Shown here: in pieces, positions 1 through 13,330 of the stretch
How the letters are laid out: every line of letters begins with the position of its first letter
Numbering within the stretch: position 1 is the stretch's first letter
DNA from: Octopus bimaculoides
Taxonomy: Eukaryota
Assembly: GCF_001194135.2 (NCBI RefSeq)
Contig: NC_068981.1
Span: forward strand, 75,736,820-75,786,233
Direction: 5' to 3'
DNA length: 49,414 nt
The notes under the pieces: model-generated
What the model was told of the DNA's origin: nothing
What the model saw: the letters and a program-made list of their open reading frames with translations, nothing else
The model's database searches: none
Made by a program: the position numbers and the translations under genes

Positions 1-180
1 ATATATATATATATATATATATATATACAAATATATATACAAAATGAGTGTACGTTTAAACACATAACAGGCGGTCTTAACAGGATGCCTTACCTGCTAG
101 AAACATCAGTCAAAGTCCAAACCACAGTTAAGGGCAAGTTCGAAGGTAACGAAAATATGGAAACTTTTACCATACTTTTC

Positions 181-250
181 TCCGGTCCTAGATTTTGAAC
201 TTTTACTTAGCAAATAAAACAATTTATTAGGCTAAGTTCTCATCAGCAGG
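181..250 (-). ncRNA. Degenerate type I hammerhead ribozyme
   Basis: Minus strand: cctg CTGATGA gaac-ttagc..gctaa..-gttc AAAA tctagg a c cgga. Intact CUGAUGA and long stem II; G12 is changed to A and U16.1 to A. Confidence 0.55.
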
Positions 251-299
251 TATATATTATATTTTATATTCTATATATGTATGAACGTGTATGCACGTG

Positions 300-1000
300 T
301 GTTTTTGGGTATACGTGTGTATGTGTCCGTGTGTGTGTTTCCAATTTATGTAAACCATTCTGAGTGACTTTGATTTTCTTTTGTTAAAATATTGCATAAC
401 ATTTTCTTTATGAGAACGATCCTGTTCACAATAAACGTAATCGTTGTCATCAACTTTTACTGCGAGGAAAACACATTATGTATATAATTACGATGTAATG
501 TATATCGATAAAATTTATAGAAATGCAAATGATTATTATTAGTAAGTCGTCTAAGTTTATGAAAGAAAACCTTGAATCTTCAGCAATGTGTTATTATTAG
601 GATATTCATTAATGCTGATATATTCTGTCTCATTGTTGAATGTCTTACCCTGAATATATTCACTTCACTACTGAAACGATTTCCTCTGAAAGTGAAGCGG
701 ATTTGAATAATTGAGCTGTCTAATGTACATGTATTTAGCAATGAATCTACAGGCAATATCACTGTTTCTGTTTTTGTTGTATTCTAAGTAACACTATTAA
801 CATTTTTGGAACGTAGTTAACATATGTTTCCGTCATTAACGTATAAATCATTTTGATTTCTAAATTCCTTATTTGTATACAATAACAGATTGATTTGAAT
901 ATCATTCTGACATCATTAATATCAATGACCAAAGCACTTTTGAAAAATTGTATCCAATTATAGTGATACAAGTATATATCATAGCTCTGGAAAAGAATTT
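300..1000 (-). mobile_element. Highly decayed Penelope-like element 3' region (linker + GIY-YIG endonuclease remnant)
   Basis: Minus-strand peptide NTCTLDSSIIQIRF..GNRFSSEVNIFRVRHSTMRQNI..THC*RFKVFFHKL (ORF 580-762 and read-through) follows the spacing of the PLE endonuclease C.S.N.IY...YIGET...R...H..FK.FPF.KL, although the YIG itself is lost. A hammerhead-like motif lies just downstream (181-250), as in PLE 3' ends. Similarity judged by eye. Confidence 0.45.
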
Positions 1001-1357
1001 TATGAATAAACAGTAGAGTTTTTTTCTCTAATCTACATTTATTTTCAAATAAACATAAGCAACGCCTAGGGTAATCTAATTAACAAAGTTATCTGAGTCA
1101 GAGTAATTAATGAGCCGACGAGTAACTAGAGTTCATCGAGGCAAACGTATGTCTGCTTTCTAACAGCTAACGACTAAATCTCTTTGAAATCGCTACTCAC
1201 CATCTTAAAGTAAGGGCACGTTGGATTATATATTCCTACATAATAAACCTTAGGTATGGAAAACAATGTGCAAGACTAGAACATTTTGCTTTTCGATCAC
1301 CACAAACTGAAAAAAAACATCAAATATGGAAGATATTTCAATGCATAAATAATTATT

Positions 1358-1481
1358 TTTACTCTTGGCACAAGGCCTTCAAAATTTTTGTGGGAAGGGT
1401 GCTAGTCTATAACAACGACCCCAGTGCGTAACTGATACTTATTATTTTATCGACCCCAAAAGGATGGAAGGCAAAGTCGAC
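1358..1481 (-). mobile_element. tRNA-derived SINE, 3' half
   Basis: ggcacaaggcc...cgaccccagt..ttatcgaccccaaaaggatggaaggcaaagtcgac matches the copies at 5381, 11973, 12205 and 18736. Confidence 0.8.
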
Positions 1482-2275
1482 ATACGTCTCTTAAAACAAA
1501 ATTGTAACCAACCGGATAAGCAACTTAAAAGTGTGTCTACAATCTGAAATTCTGCCCATCTAACCGCCTTGGCATATAATTGGAAATTAGTGTTTTGGTT
1601 TTCACTCCAGTGCCTAACGTATAAATTTTCTTAAACAAATCTTGCTTTGTTTGCATTAATATTATGAATATATATATATTCCCGTAGGAAACTTTGAGCA
1701 AACTGAATTATTCTTAAGCTACACAGAGCGAATTGAACAAGGGGATTATATCTCTGTTAACGCATTCTATTCCATAATGTTTCCCATTCTTTCTCACAAT
1801 CTGTATTTCCTTGTCGTTTATTTCTTCTTCTTCTTCTTCTTCTTCTATCTCAACTCCCTTCTTCCTTCTATTCTTTCTTTTTCTTTCTTACTTTCTTTTT
1901 CTTTCTTTCTTTCTTTCCTTTTCTTTCTGTCTGCTTACATTTTGTTTTGAATGTGAATAGGTGATAATTTACTTGTTCGATCTTAAACTATTTATTGACT
2001 GACATTTCTTTAGCTTCCAGGCATCGACATTGCTATAGGGTAATAGTAGACTTTGCAATGTACACCTATTTTTATATACAACAACAGATATAACCACTCA
2101 CATTTACACAAAGCAGGCATACATACAAGCATCACCAGCACACTGAAACGTCCTTAGATCTCCTACACATATATGCACAATTGATCGTACTTACGCATAT
2201 GCAAGCATAAATATAACGGTACTGACATAATTATACACACACACACACATCTATATACATACATATATATGTACA

Positions 2276-2309
<34 letters not shown>

Positions 2310-2871
2310 CTATATATACTATTTTAGTATTTTACTATTTATTACTTTGTACTTTTTTGATTTTTATTATAGGTCTTTTTAGTGTATTTACTTAGTAATT
2401 TTTTCTATATGTGATTGTGGATTTTCATGGATGAATTCAATAATTGTGGGGTTTTTTTCTCTAAATTATATATTTATATATTATATATTGTAAAATTTAA
2501 ATTAATTTTAAATTTGATAAATTAAATTGAATTTTTCCCTGTAAATTTGGATTTTTATCCCTAATATATATATATATGCAGGTTTCAATACATACATACA
2601 CGCGTGCATGCATGTATGTATGTATGTATGTATGTATGTATGTATATGTATATGTGTGTGCGTGTGTGTATGTGTATATATACATGTATATATATATACC
2701 TCATAAACTCACACAAATGCATATGCTTCTATGCTTACACAGGTCAGTGTATACATACATATGCTTATTGGTATTGGTATCCTGCATCTATATCACAATT
2801 GTCTTAGGAAATAGAGTACCTCACGTGTTAAAGTTTTCTTCATACGAAGAAACAGAAAGGCGTTATGTTTT

Positions 2872-2908
<37 letters not shown>

Positions 2909-5380
2909 TCGTGATGCGTGTGGGTGTGAGATAGAAAAAGAAAGCGAGAATAAGAAAAAAAAATTCAAATGCGTTAATATGTAATTGAAAGAAAATATCT
3001 TTCGACTTTAGCTAATTGAACCAGGTAAATAATAAACTCCGTAATGAATGTGAATATTACTGTTTACATATCATTTGTTTTCAGTTAGTCAGTTAATAAA
3101 ATTTATGGTTCATGTTCCATATTAGCGCTATACGAAATATTAAAATAAACGGCAGCTGTATTTCTATTTAAAAGTGAACAGATATATATTTCAAATTAGC
3201 TCTCAGGCAATCAAATGTTTAGATGTAAATAAGTAATGAGAGCAATAAATGTAAATAATGAGGTTAATAGCTTGTTTGTTTTTTTTCTTAATACTTAAAT
3301 TCGATATTGGATGCCATACGAGTACATGTTATCAGACGCGTTACACCTTTGTCCCTTCTGACTTTCATTATCCTTATGTGATATTCATTTATTTCTAAAG
3401 CATTTGTAATATTAACTCATGTTCCTCATTAGATTTACTGATTTCTCACTGCATTACTGAGTGTACTGGTTTTATTTGCTACGAATTTTGTTACAATAAA
3501 TGTTACGGGCTACCTCAACAAATTCGAAAAGAACATCGTTGTGAGGACAGATTCATTAACATTATATTAGGCAAGAGTGAAATTTCAGCAATGCTTTTCA
3601 TTAAATTTTTGAGAAACCAGTCGAGCTCCTTATTTGGAACGTTAAATTAACTGTATAAAGAAGTTATAAGCTAAGTCATACAAACTACCTCAGTACCTTG
3701 TATACAGCAATAGCATAATCAGAAGATATTTCGGGGAAAGATCTAAGTATTACTTTATTCCTTACGACTAAATATTTCATGATATTTCCCTTTTCTTTAA
3801 TTTAGCGCCAATCAAAATTCCATCAATATTATTTTAATTGACGAGTGTCGATTAAATATATATGAGCTGTATACAGTCCGTTCATTTATAGACTGCAATT
3901 AGGAAGTATTAGAAATCAAAGTAGACATTTTTCCAATCAAGCATTGCATTCATTTGAAAAGAATTAATAGACGGATCAGGTTCTCAATTTGAATAACTCA
4001 CATGTCATGCTGTAGTTCCTTCTCGAACGAAAGCAGTTTTTTCCTACATAATTTCCGATATGTGCTTGTGATAGTTTAGATTTACGTATAACGTGATGTT
4101 GAGCCGCGCATGCCATTACGTAAAGTAGCTAACATTGAATATGTCATGTTTATATAAAGTTTAAATTGTTTATGTATCTCATCGCTTCTTACAATGCAAA
4201 GTTTTAGTTCACCACTGATGTCTAAAAGAGTGCACCTCAATTTTATCATACCGCATATGCTTGCAGGAATTAGATTTTCATCTGATGTGCTATATAGGAA
4301 TATTTTTTGATAATTAAGAGCAAAGACTTGCTGGATATATATCAAGTAGATTGCTGATAACAGGGTACAAGCCGGTACCTCGGGGTCTACGAGTTGAATA
4401 ATTTCTCTAATTTTTCCTATCTAATTTGTCTCCTATCCGACGAGTAAGTTGGCATTTGAAATTAATAAATCATCAACAGACAATATTTCATACCTATGTT
4501 TTCCAACTTGAAAACCCGTATGTAAAATTGCACTCGTTAAAATAACCATTATATACTTTTTTGTCATGGTATAGATATGTCCACAGCACAACTACTTGTG
4601 AATCAAGTTATAGCTCAAAAAGGGATTGATTTGAGGTGTCATGTGAATTTGACGAGATAATTAACTCATATACATGCAGTTTTATTTACATGTAGTAAGG
4701 CAATGGGATGGGTAACTTATATTTTTATTATTATTTACACTGTTAATTATATACTTATTACCAATTACCAACTCTGTCGCCACACATACCTTGTTGCAAC
4801 ATAATATTTTTGAACTCACAAACAGGAGCCAAACTTATCCAATCTATTCATTTCGACACGTTGAAACAAGTGTGAAGGTGTAAGGCAGTACAAACAATAA
4901 CTACATCACACAATAGAACTCTCTTTAGAGACTTATTGTAATAGAATATATCCTTTAAAAGTAGAGACAATGACAAACAAAGAAATCTATGGGGAAAGGT
5001 ATATTCATGCAAATAAAACCATCTTCTGTGCTAAAATTGTTGTGTTAGTCTAAATATTTGAAAGGAAAAACACAAGTATACAAAGAAAGTATTTGTGTGT
5101 TGAGAGTTTGTGAGGGATGATACGTGCGCGGCACAAACATAAAAAGAAAACTCTCGCAAGTTTTGGACAAGACAATTCATTACGCAAGAAATAAGATTTG
5201 AAATAGAGAGTGGGGGGGGGTGAAATTAGTTGTGATAAGATTGGGGAAAAGATAACCGGATGGAAAGACTGGAGATAGAATAAAGAAGATAACCAGGACG
5301 AACAGAATTGAGAATATAATGAAATGAGAAAATTACACCCATACATAGAGATATATGAAGTTATTATTAGTAATAATAAT

Positions 5381-5596
5381 CCTTCCTAATATAGACACGA
5401 GGCCTTAAATTTTGTGGAGTTCGCTAATCTATAACACCGACTCCACAACCTAACTGGTAACTGTTTATTTTATCGACACTGAACTGATAAAAGTCAATGT
5501 TGATCTCAGCAGAATTTGAACTTGGACAGTGAAGCTGTAAGAAGTTTTATTAAGCATTTTGTTTAGCGTGTTCCCGATGCTGCCGACTCGCCGCCT
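5381..5596 (-). mobile_element. tRNA-derived SINE, near full length
   Basis: Head aggcggcgagtcggcagc at 5596, body homologous to other copies, (AAT)n flank at the tail end. Confidence 0.8.
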
Positions 5597-5849
5597 TCAT
5601 TAATGCAATAATAACAAGACTAAAAATGAAAATAAGAACAATGCTGATGCTGATGATACAGATGCTGATCCTATTTATAATACCAACGACAAGAATAAAC
5701 GTTAAATGTGTATAATATATTGCCTATTATATCACCGTATATAAATATTTGTTATATATACATATGTGTGTGTGTATGGTGAAACATATGCGCATGTATG
5801 CAGGCACAAGTATACATACGTATATATATCTGTATATGTATGTACGCAC

Positions 5850-5973
<124 letters not shown>

Positions 5974-6370
5974 ATACACACACTCACGTTGGCACGCAAT
6001 TTTACTTTGTACATTACTTTCTATTGGTTTAAATATATTTGTATTTGTTATTCATATCATATTTCTTTGCATCATTCTTGTGTCATGGGACATTCTCCTT
6101 CAATCATCTATGTACACAAACTTTCTTATAGTCTTCCTCTGTATTTATAGCCGTTAAAAGCATTTCTGCATTTTCCGAAGAAAGAAAAAGCAATAATTGA
6201 AGCCTTACATTTCTTTACGATATTTGTACACATGTTTTTTTTTAATGTTTTCTAGGCTCTATTTCTGATATGTCAACCACTTAGTGTCACTTTAAATAAG
6301 CCACACGTGCATACTTATCTTTTCTTTATGGATCACTAAGAATATGCATGCATGCATGTATGTATGTATG

Positions 6371-6402
<32 letters not shown>

Positions 6403-6474
6403 TGCATGGATGCATACATGCAAGCATGTATGTGTATACATGTGTGCATGTGTGTATGTATGTATGCATGTATG

Positions 6475-6508
<34 letters not shown>

Positions 6509-6530
6509 TGTATACATGCATGTGTGTATG

Positions 6531-6747
6531 TACGAGGGGTGCCGAAAAATTCCTGGTTTTGTGTAAAAGAAAATACAGGAGGATAGGTTATTCATGAGTT
6601 TATTCAACATATTCCCTTCTCAGATTCACACATTGCTTCGGTCGTTCAGATTTCCTAAACCCTGTAAAAGAACTCGAGAGGTTGGACCTCCAACGAGGCC
6701 TTTCGCTATGCTCTTGCAGCCACGAACTTTTCCGCCCCCAACTCGTG
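6531..6747 (-). mobile_element. Mariner-derived MITE (~215 bp)
   Basis: Left TIR ta-cgaggggtgccgaaaaattcctgg and degenerate right TIR ccacgaacttttccgcccccaactcg. The interior on the minus strand encodes only the mariner transposase C-terminus (EFF..QGLGNLNDR..CVNLRREYVE*). Confidence 0.75.
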
Positions 6748-6914
6748 TATATATATTATTATTATTATTATCGAAAAACCTGTTTTTTTTTTGGTGTAGA
6801 AACAGCCGTAATTTAATAGATGTGTCATTTGTTTGCAGAAAATAAGGTTGAATTTATCATCTAATGATTAAATTATTTAATTGTAGAATTTATTATTTTG
6901 GTTTCTATTTCTAA

Positions 6915-6950
<36 letters not shown>

Positions 6951-7291
6951 NNNNNNNNNNNNNNNNNNNNNNNNNNNNNNNNNNNNNNNNNNNNNNNNNN
7001 NNNNNNNNNNNNNNNNNNNNNNNNNNNNNNNNNNNNNNNNNNNNNNNNNNNNNNNNNNNNNNNNNNNNNNNNNNNNNNNNNNNNNNNNNNNNNNNNNNNN
7101 NNNNNNNNNNNNNNNNNNNNNNNNNNNNNNNNNNNNNNNNNNNNNNNNNNNNNNNNNNNNNNNNNNNNNNNNNNNNNNNNNNNNNNNNNNNNNNNNNNNN
7201 NNNNNNNNNNNNNNNNNNNNNNNNNNNNNNNNNNNNNNNNNNNNNNNNNNNNNNNNNNNNNNNNNNNNNNNNNNNNNNNNNNNNNNNNNNN
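6951..7291. other. Assembly gap (others at ~13399-13711, 15599-15962, 18181-18319, 35365-35810, 44237-44402)
   Basis: N runs, nearly all flanked by (AT)n or (AC)n, typical of short-read contig breaks. Confidence 0.99.
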
Positions 7292-7292
7292 N

Positions 7293-7379
<87 letters not shown>

Positions 7380-7384
7380 TTGTG

Positions 7385-7520
7385 TGTTAGTCCGGGCGAA
7401 GTCGTTTATAAAGGATCAGAAGTCATCCATGCATACCAGCCCCCAACCTCCACGCCACCGATATCATGCAAAGGAAAACCAAACGCCGATACAGCGTAGC
7501 ACCATTGACGTCGCAACTTA
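7385..7520 (-). mobile_element. Fragment of another abundant SINE-like repeat
   Basis: gcataccagc..ctccacgccaccgat..gccgatacagcgtagcaccattgacgtcgcaact resembles a recalled octopus SINE 3' region; no second copy in the window. Confidence 0.35.
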
Positions 7521-8065
7521 GGTTTACAAAAGTAGGTGCGGGATTCCTGCTTGATTATACGAAATCCACTTTCTAGATTTCGTGGTTTTCCCTACCAGAG
7601 ACAATACGTTTAGAGAATATAATTATACATCAACCGTAGGAAATTCCAGAATATGAGACAGCCATAATGCATGTCTGTACAATATACATCCGTATTTCAG
7701 AAACAAGACAAACACAATCCGTCCTTCAATTAAGTGTATGCCATTCGTAGTAATTTTCTTAAAACAACTTAATAGTAATGAACAAGATACATCTCACATA
7801 AAGAAACCAGCATTATATAAATATGGAGTAGTACATCTGAAATCAAAAAGGCTACTGTTGATAGTTTGGAATTTCTTATACTAGGAATATGTCTTTATTA
7901 GGATGAGGTTGTTGTAGGATTTTCAGTATCTTTTTTTATTAGAGAATGATGAACAGTGGATTATATATATATTTTTTCACGAACGCTAGGAAGATATTGC
8001 ATAGATTTTGACTCTAGAAAATTAGTGCAAAACAATAATTCACATATATGGGTAGGTTATATCCG

Positions 8066-8133
<68 letters not shown>

Positions 8134-8239
8134 CCTATCAACCACACGATCTCTCCTTTTTCCCTCTTTCATCCTATATATATATATATATAAGTGAGTT
8201 TCAAGGGATATATTAGCTCCGAGTTAAGGTCCAGTTAAC

Positions 8240-11218
8240 GGCTAGATATCACTGCAAGAGTATTTAAATTAAAGCAACACCAACTATTGCCCGATATCAA
8301 TCAAGAGTCCTTGAGAAACATATTGCTCATGTGAACACAGTGACATTTCAAAACAGAGAATTACCACATTTCCATTTCTTATTCATAATGCAAAATCATC
8401 ACAACACATGACAAGAAATTGATAAAATTGTTACAGCTGAGCTTCCTAATACCGAAAACGCATTAACGTCGCATCTTTATTCCTTGGTGAAGAAACACAT
8501 GATACATGGATCCTGCAGAAAATATAATTTAAACTCTCCTTGTATGGTGAATGGTGTTTGCAGTAAAAAATATCCAAAAGATTACAGATTACAAACCATA
8601 ATTGGAAATGATTCTTATTCACAATATCGTCGTCGAAACCAGCGAGATGGTGGGTTCACAGCTTCAATACGTATTGGAAATATAGAAATTGCTGCTGATA
8701 ACCGTTATGTAGTTCCTTATAATGTTTGGTTGTTGCAGAAGTACGAGGCACATATTAACCTTGCATGGTGTGCATCTATTAAGCCTGTGAAACATCTTTA
8801 CAAGTACGTTTTCAAAGGTGTTGACAATGCAACAATTTCTTTACATAGACAAGAAGATGGCGTGAGTCTTAATGTTGGCAATGAAAATGAAACGAATGAA
8901 ATTTCGGATTACGAAAATTGCCGCTACATTGGAGCGTCAGAGGCTTGCTGGAGATCATTTGAGTTTCCAATTCTGCCGATACACTTGCCAGATCAACAGA
9001 TGATTGTGTTTAATCATGCACAAGAATCTTTAGCAAAAAATTGATCGACCAAATTGACAGCATATTTCAAGATGAATGAAGAAGAACCCCTAGCAAAAGA
9101 TATACTCTATTGTGACATTATAGAGAATATCTATAATTGTGACGTTATAGAGGATATCTATAAGTATAATATGACATTATAGAGGATATCTATAAATATA
9201 ATGTGACAATAATAAAAGTTGTAGTAGAAGAGTTAGACAAAGTGACGATGTTCCAGGAGCTATTGGTAGAGCGTAGACAGTACATCCATCGCAAAGGGAG
9301 CTATTTAATCTTAGACTATTACTTCAATATAATTCAGGAGCGACAAACTTTGAAAATTTAATCACAACTGAGTATTGTTTACGAACATTTTAAGCACACA
9401 TGTAAAATGATGACTCTATTAGAAAATGATCAAGAATGGGAACTTTGTCTAAATGAGGCAAGAACAAAATTTTCAGCGAATGATTTACGGAATTTGTTTG
9501 TCAGTATTCTTCAGTTGTGCTCTCCATCCAGACCACATGTTTCGCTATGATCTTTGCCAAGATTACTTCCATCAAATGAGACAGCATATTTCTTCTCATG
9601 AAACAGCTTCGGATATTGTCCTCAGTGATATGCTGTGTGAACTGGATCATCGCATGAGTCAACATGACCGTAGTACAATATTTTTTGGATTGCCTGCTGC
9701 TATTCCTGATCTCCGAATGAATAATATTCTACTTCATAAGGACGAGATGGATCCAAATGCAGAATTTTTCAATGCTAACTTCCATAAGCTAAATTATGAC
9801 CAGATAATCATTTTTGAAAATATTCAACAGAAAATTGATGAAAGTGAATGTGGTTTTATATTTATTGATGCACCAGGGGGTACTGGCAAAACTTTTCTTC
9901 CTAGTATATTACTAGTCTTATGTGCACAAAAACAACCGACTAGCTATGGCGACAGCATCATCAGGCATCGCTGCGACACTATTGAATCTACGTCGCACTA
10001 CTCACTCTCGATTCAAGCTCCTCACACCGGTAAACTGTAATTCAACATGTAAAATATCTCCTCTTGATGTCAATGGCCGTTTGCTTCATGATGCACGCTT
10101 CGTTATTTGGTACGAGGCACCCATGTGTCATCGTTATCTATTTGAAGCGCTGAATCGAAAATTGAAGAATGTAATGAGCAACGACCTGATCTTTGGCAGC
10201 AAATTGACAATCTTAGGTGGCGATTTTCGTCAAATTCTTCCAGTGGTACGAAGAGCACAAAAGCCTTCTCTGATTGGAGCATGTTTGGAAAAAATCCATA
10301 ATTTGGCACAAATGCCGAGTACTTCATCTCACCACTAATAAGTGAGTGAAAAACGGTATCAGCATTAATGATACCACTTCTCAAGCTCGACTGGCATATC
10401 ATTCTGCTTGTAAGTTGGTGATGGAAGAATTCCCAATGTTCAAAGACAATTACATGATGATTTTATGGAGATTCCTCAGCAATTTCAAGTCAATAGCAAG
10501 GAGAATGTGATCAATCAGGTCTATGAAGATTTAGAGGTTAATTTTAACAATACCCAATGGTTATCATCACGAGCAATATTATCAACAAAGAATGAAGAAG
10601 TTGACAAACTAAATATCTACATAATCCAGAAATTTCCAGGTGAAACATTCTACGGGGAGTATTAATTCAGTTGCATAAAATCTACACTCTACCCTACTGA
10701 ATTTCTGAATTCTCTTAATATAAGTGGCATGCCACCTCACATTATCAAATTAAAAACGGGTGTTCTTATAATGTTGCTATGAAGCTTAGATCAGAGAAAT
10801 GGGCACTGCAATGGCGCACGTTATAGACTGTTATCGGTGTCAGATAATATGATCACTGCAAGTAAATTAACTGATGTTGATGCAAGACGCACACTTTTGA
10901 CTCCCAGCAGTATTCTGCATCCATCTGATATCGATTTTCCCTTTTATTTTGAAAATACGCCAATTTCCAGTGAGACCACCTTTTACAATGTCTATAAACA
11001 AAAGTCAAGGACAAAGCCTTTCTAAGTGCAGCATCTACATGCCTGTATACGTATTTATGCATGGCTAGTTATATGTCACTCTTAGTAGAGTTGGGGATCC
11101 AGTGAATCTTAAAATATTTGCTGATCAAAAACAATTTATCAGATCAGGATCAAGTACAAGTCATAATGAAAATGTAAGAAGACTTACGCGTAATGTTGTC
11201 TACACGGAAATAGTGTAA
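8240..11218 (+). pseudogene. Helitron Rep/PIF1-helicase (RepHel) pseudogene, 5'-truncated, many frameshifts and stops
   Basis: Rep motifs DITARVFKLK (8245), FQNRELPHFH (8346-8375; EFQKRGLPHAH-like HUH), VVPYN..HIN..HLYKYVFKG, RYIGASEACWR. PIF1 motifs DAPGGTGKT (9867-9893), ASSGIAATLL, IW.EAPM, GGDFRQILPVV, PPH.IKLK.G, MSINKSQGQSL (10988), LYVTLSRV and terminal TRNVVYTEIV* (11218), all colinear. Confidence 0.93.
9111..9210 (+). repeat. 27-32 bp minisatellite, ~3.3 copies, inside the Helitron ORF
   Basis: Units tgtgacattatagagaatatctataat / tgtgacgttatagaggatatctataagtataa / tatgacattatagaggatatctataaatataa / tgtgacaat. Confidence 0.9.
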
Positions 11219-11432
11219 ATATTGATATGCTGCCGATGTAAAAAATATAAATTTCTAAATATTTTCTTTATTTTATTACTGATTTTGTAAAGTATTTGCA
11301 TAAATAAGAATATGTAAATATATTATCAAATTATATCTTTTGTGTATTTCTCAAACAGTAGTTGAATTAAATTGAAATGTTATTCTAAACACAGCATTGT
11401 TTTTTTTTCCTTATTGATGGGTCATGTACTAG

Positions 11433-11442
11433 TAATAATAAC

Positions 11443-11523
<81 letters not shown>

Positions 11524-11627
11524 AAGAAGAAGAAGAAGAAGAAGGAGAGGGAGAAGAAGAAGAAGAAGAAGAAGAAGAAGAAGAAGAAGAAGAAGAAGAA
11601 GAAGAAGAAGAAGAAGAAGAAGAAGAA
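11433..11627. repeat. Compound (AAT)n(AAG)n microsatellite
   Basis: Direct reading. Confidence 0.97.
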
Positions 11628-11885
11628 AGTGTATGGAGACTTGTACATCCACAAAGTTTAATTCATAATTATATGAAATATATTATCATGACTTACTCGT
11701 GTTTCCGCACCAGCGATTACTTACAAAGTACTGTAATATATAAACCATACTTTAAACCGAATGAAAACCTTAAACACAGCTACAAAAATAATAATTGTTC
11801 CAGGTGCATAACACAATCCATCGTCGCAAACATTTCACCCCGCATATGGATTCTATGAGGCAACGAGGATTCATTTATTTGCAAT

Positions 11886-11922
11886 TTGTCAAGCCTGCTA
11901 ACGATTCCGACAGCTCGCTGCC

Positions 11923-11968
<46 letters not shown>

Positions 11969-12633
11969 TAATCCTTTCTGCTATTGGCACAAAGCCAGAA
12001 ATTTGAGGGGAGGTGACTAGTCGATTACATCAACCCCAGTGATTCACTAGTCTTTAATTTATCGACCTCGAATGGATGAAAGGTAAAGTCGACATCGGTG
12101 GAATTTAAAACTCAGAACGTATCGGCAGACGAAATACCGCTAAGCATTTCTCCAGGCGTGCTTACGATTTTGCCAGCTCGCCGCCTTTCTAATTATAACA
12201 ATAAACTTTTTTATTATAGGCACAAGGTCTGGAATTTGTGGGCAGGGAGAAAGTCGATTACATCGACCCCAGTACATGAGTGATTCTTAAGTTATTGACC
12301 CCGAAAGGATGATAGGCAAAGTTGATATCGGCGAAATTTCAACTCAGAAAGTAAACACAAACGAAATGCTGTTGACTGGTGTGCTAAGAGTTCTCCTGAC
12401 TGGCTGCCTTTATTGCACACAGGGGGGCTAAACATACAGGGGACAAACAAGGACAGACAAAGGGGTTAAGTCGATGACATCGACCTCAGTGCGTAACTGG
12501 TACTTATTTCATCGACCCCGAGAGCATGAAAGGCAAAGTCGACCTCGGCGGAATTTGAACTTAGAACGTAACGGCAGACGAAATAACACTAAGGATTTCG
12601 GCCGGCGTGCTAACGATTCTGCCAGCTCACCGA
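11886..12633 (-). mobile_element. Head-to-tail stack of four tRNA-SINE copies (head 11886-11924; 11973-12186; 12205-12409; 12411-12633)
   Basis: Each ends on the plus strand in gccagctcgccgcct-like sequence. The copy at 12411-12633 has an alternative tail (gggggctaaacatacaggggacaaacaaggacagacaaagggg). Confidence 0.88.
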
Positions 12634-13278
12634 CGTAATTTTAAAATCATTTTCCTTCTGCCTACTCCTATGCCTTTTCAAAATGTTTACGTGTTGTACC
12701 GAAGCGTGAGATTCTAATACATTTTATGTGGTTAAATGCACTAAAGATTATTAACATATTCCCAGCACAAACATGAGTGGAGACTTGCATGACTGTAGGC
12801 TTTATATGCAATAAGATATTGTACCTGAAAAAAATTGTAATCAGAATTGGTAATCTATAAAAGCAGACGTACTTGCGTGTCAACGTAGATATAGATATTC
12901 TTCAAGCATAACACTATTTGCTGTTCCGGCATCACTTCTGTACTTATTCAAACATTAGACTTAAAGTAAGGCGAAGCCACAAATTTAAAGCTGAAATTGA
13001 CCCAATGATAGCATTTACATTTAGGTGTGAAAACTTGAACAATAGATTTATATTTCTGATCGCCAAATATTTCTGGCCTTCGACCAGTTATTTGAAAGCC
13101 GACATTTCCAGTCTAGTTAGATGAGTGAAGTAACATATTTCATTGATTTTTCACCTCTGGGCATATATGCATGCAACAATACACACCTACATACACATAT
13201 ACACACGCGCGCGCACACAAACATACAAATCATGTACCGATATCCGTATGTATACATACATAGATACACATATCTGTA

Positions 13279-13330
<52 letters not shown>

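Noticed and set aside
1688-1830. Acceptor followed by open frame NFEQTELFLSYTERIEQGDYISV
   Set aside because: No donor; runs into a pyrimidine microsatellite; no recognisable domain.
4010-4045. gttc..gaac GAAA hairpin
   Set aside because: No CUGANGA box or stems I/III.
4082-4345. 87-aa minus ORF in unique sequence
   Set aside because: No motif recognised; cannot be distinguished from a random ORF or a decayed TE.
11886-12633. Repeat-spacer periodicity suggestive of CRISPR
   Set aside because: Eukaryotic SINE copies; no constant short repeats with unique spacers and no cas genes.
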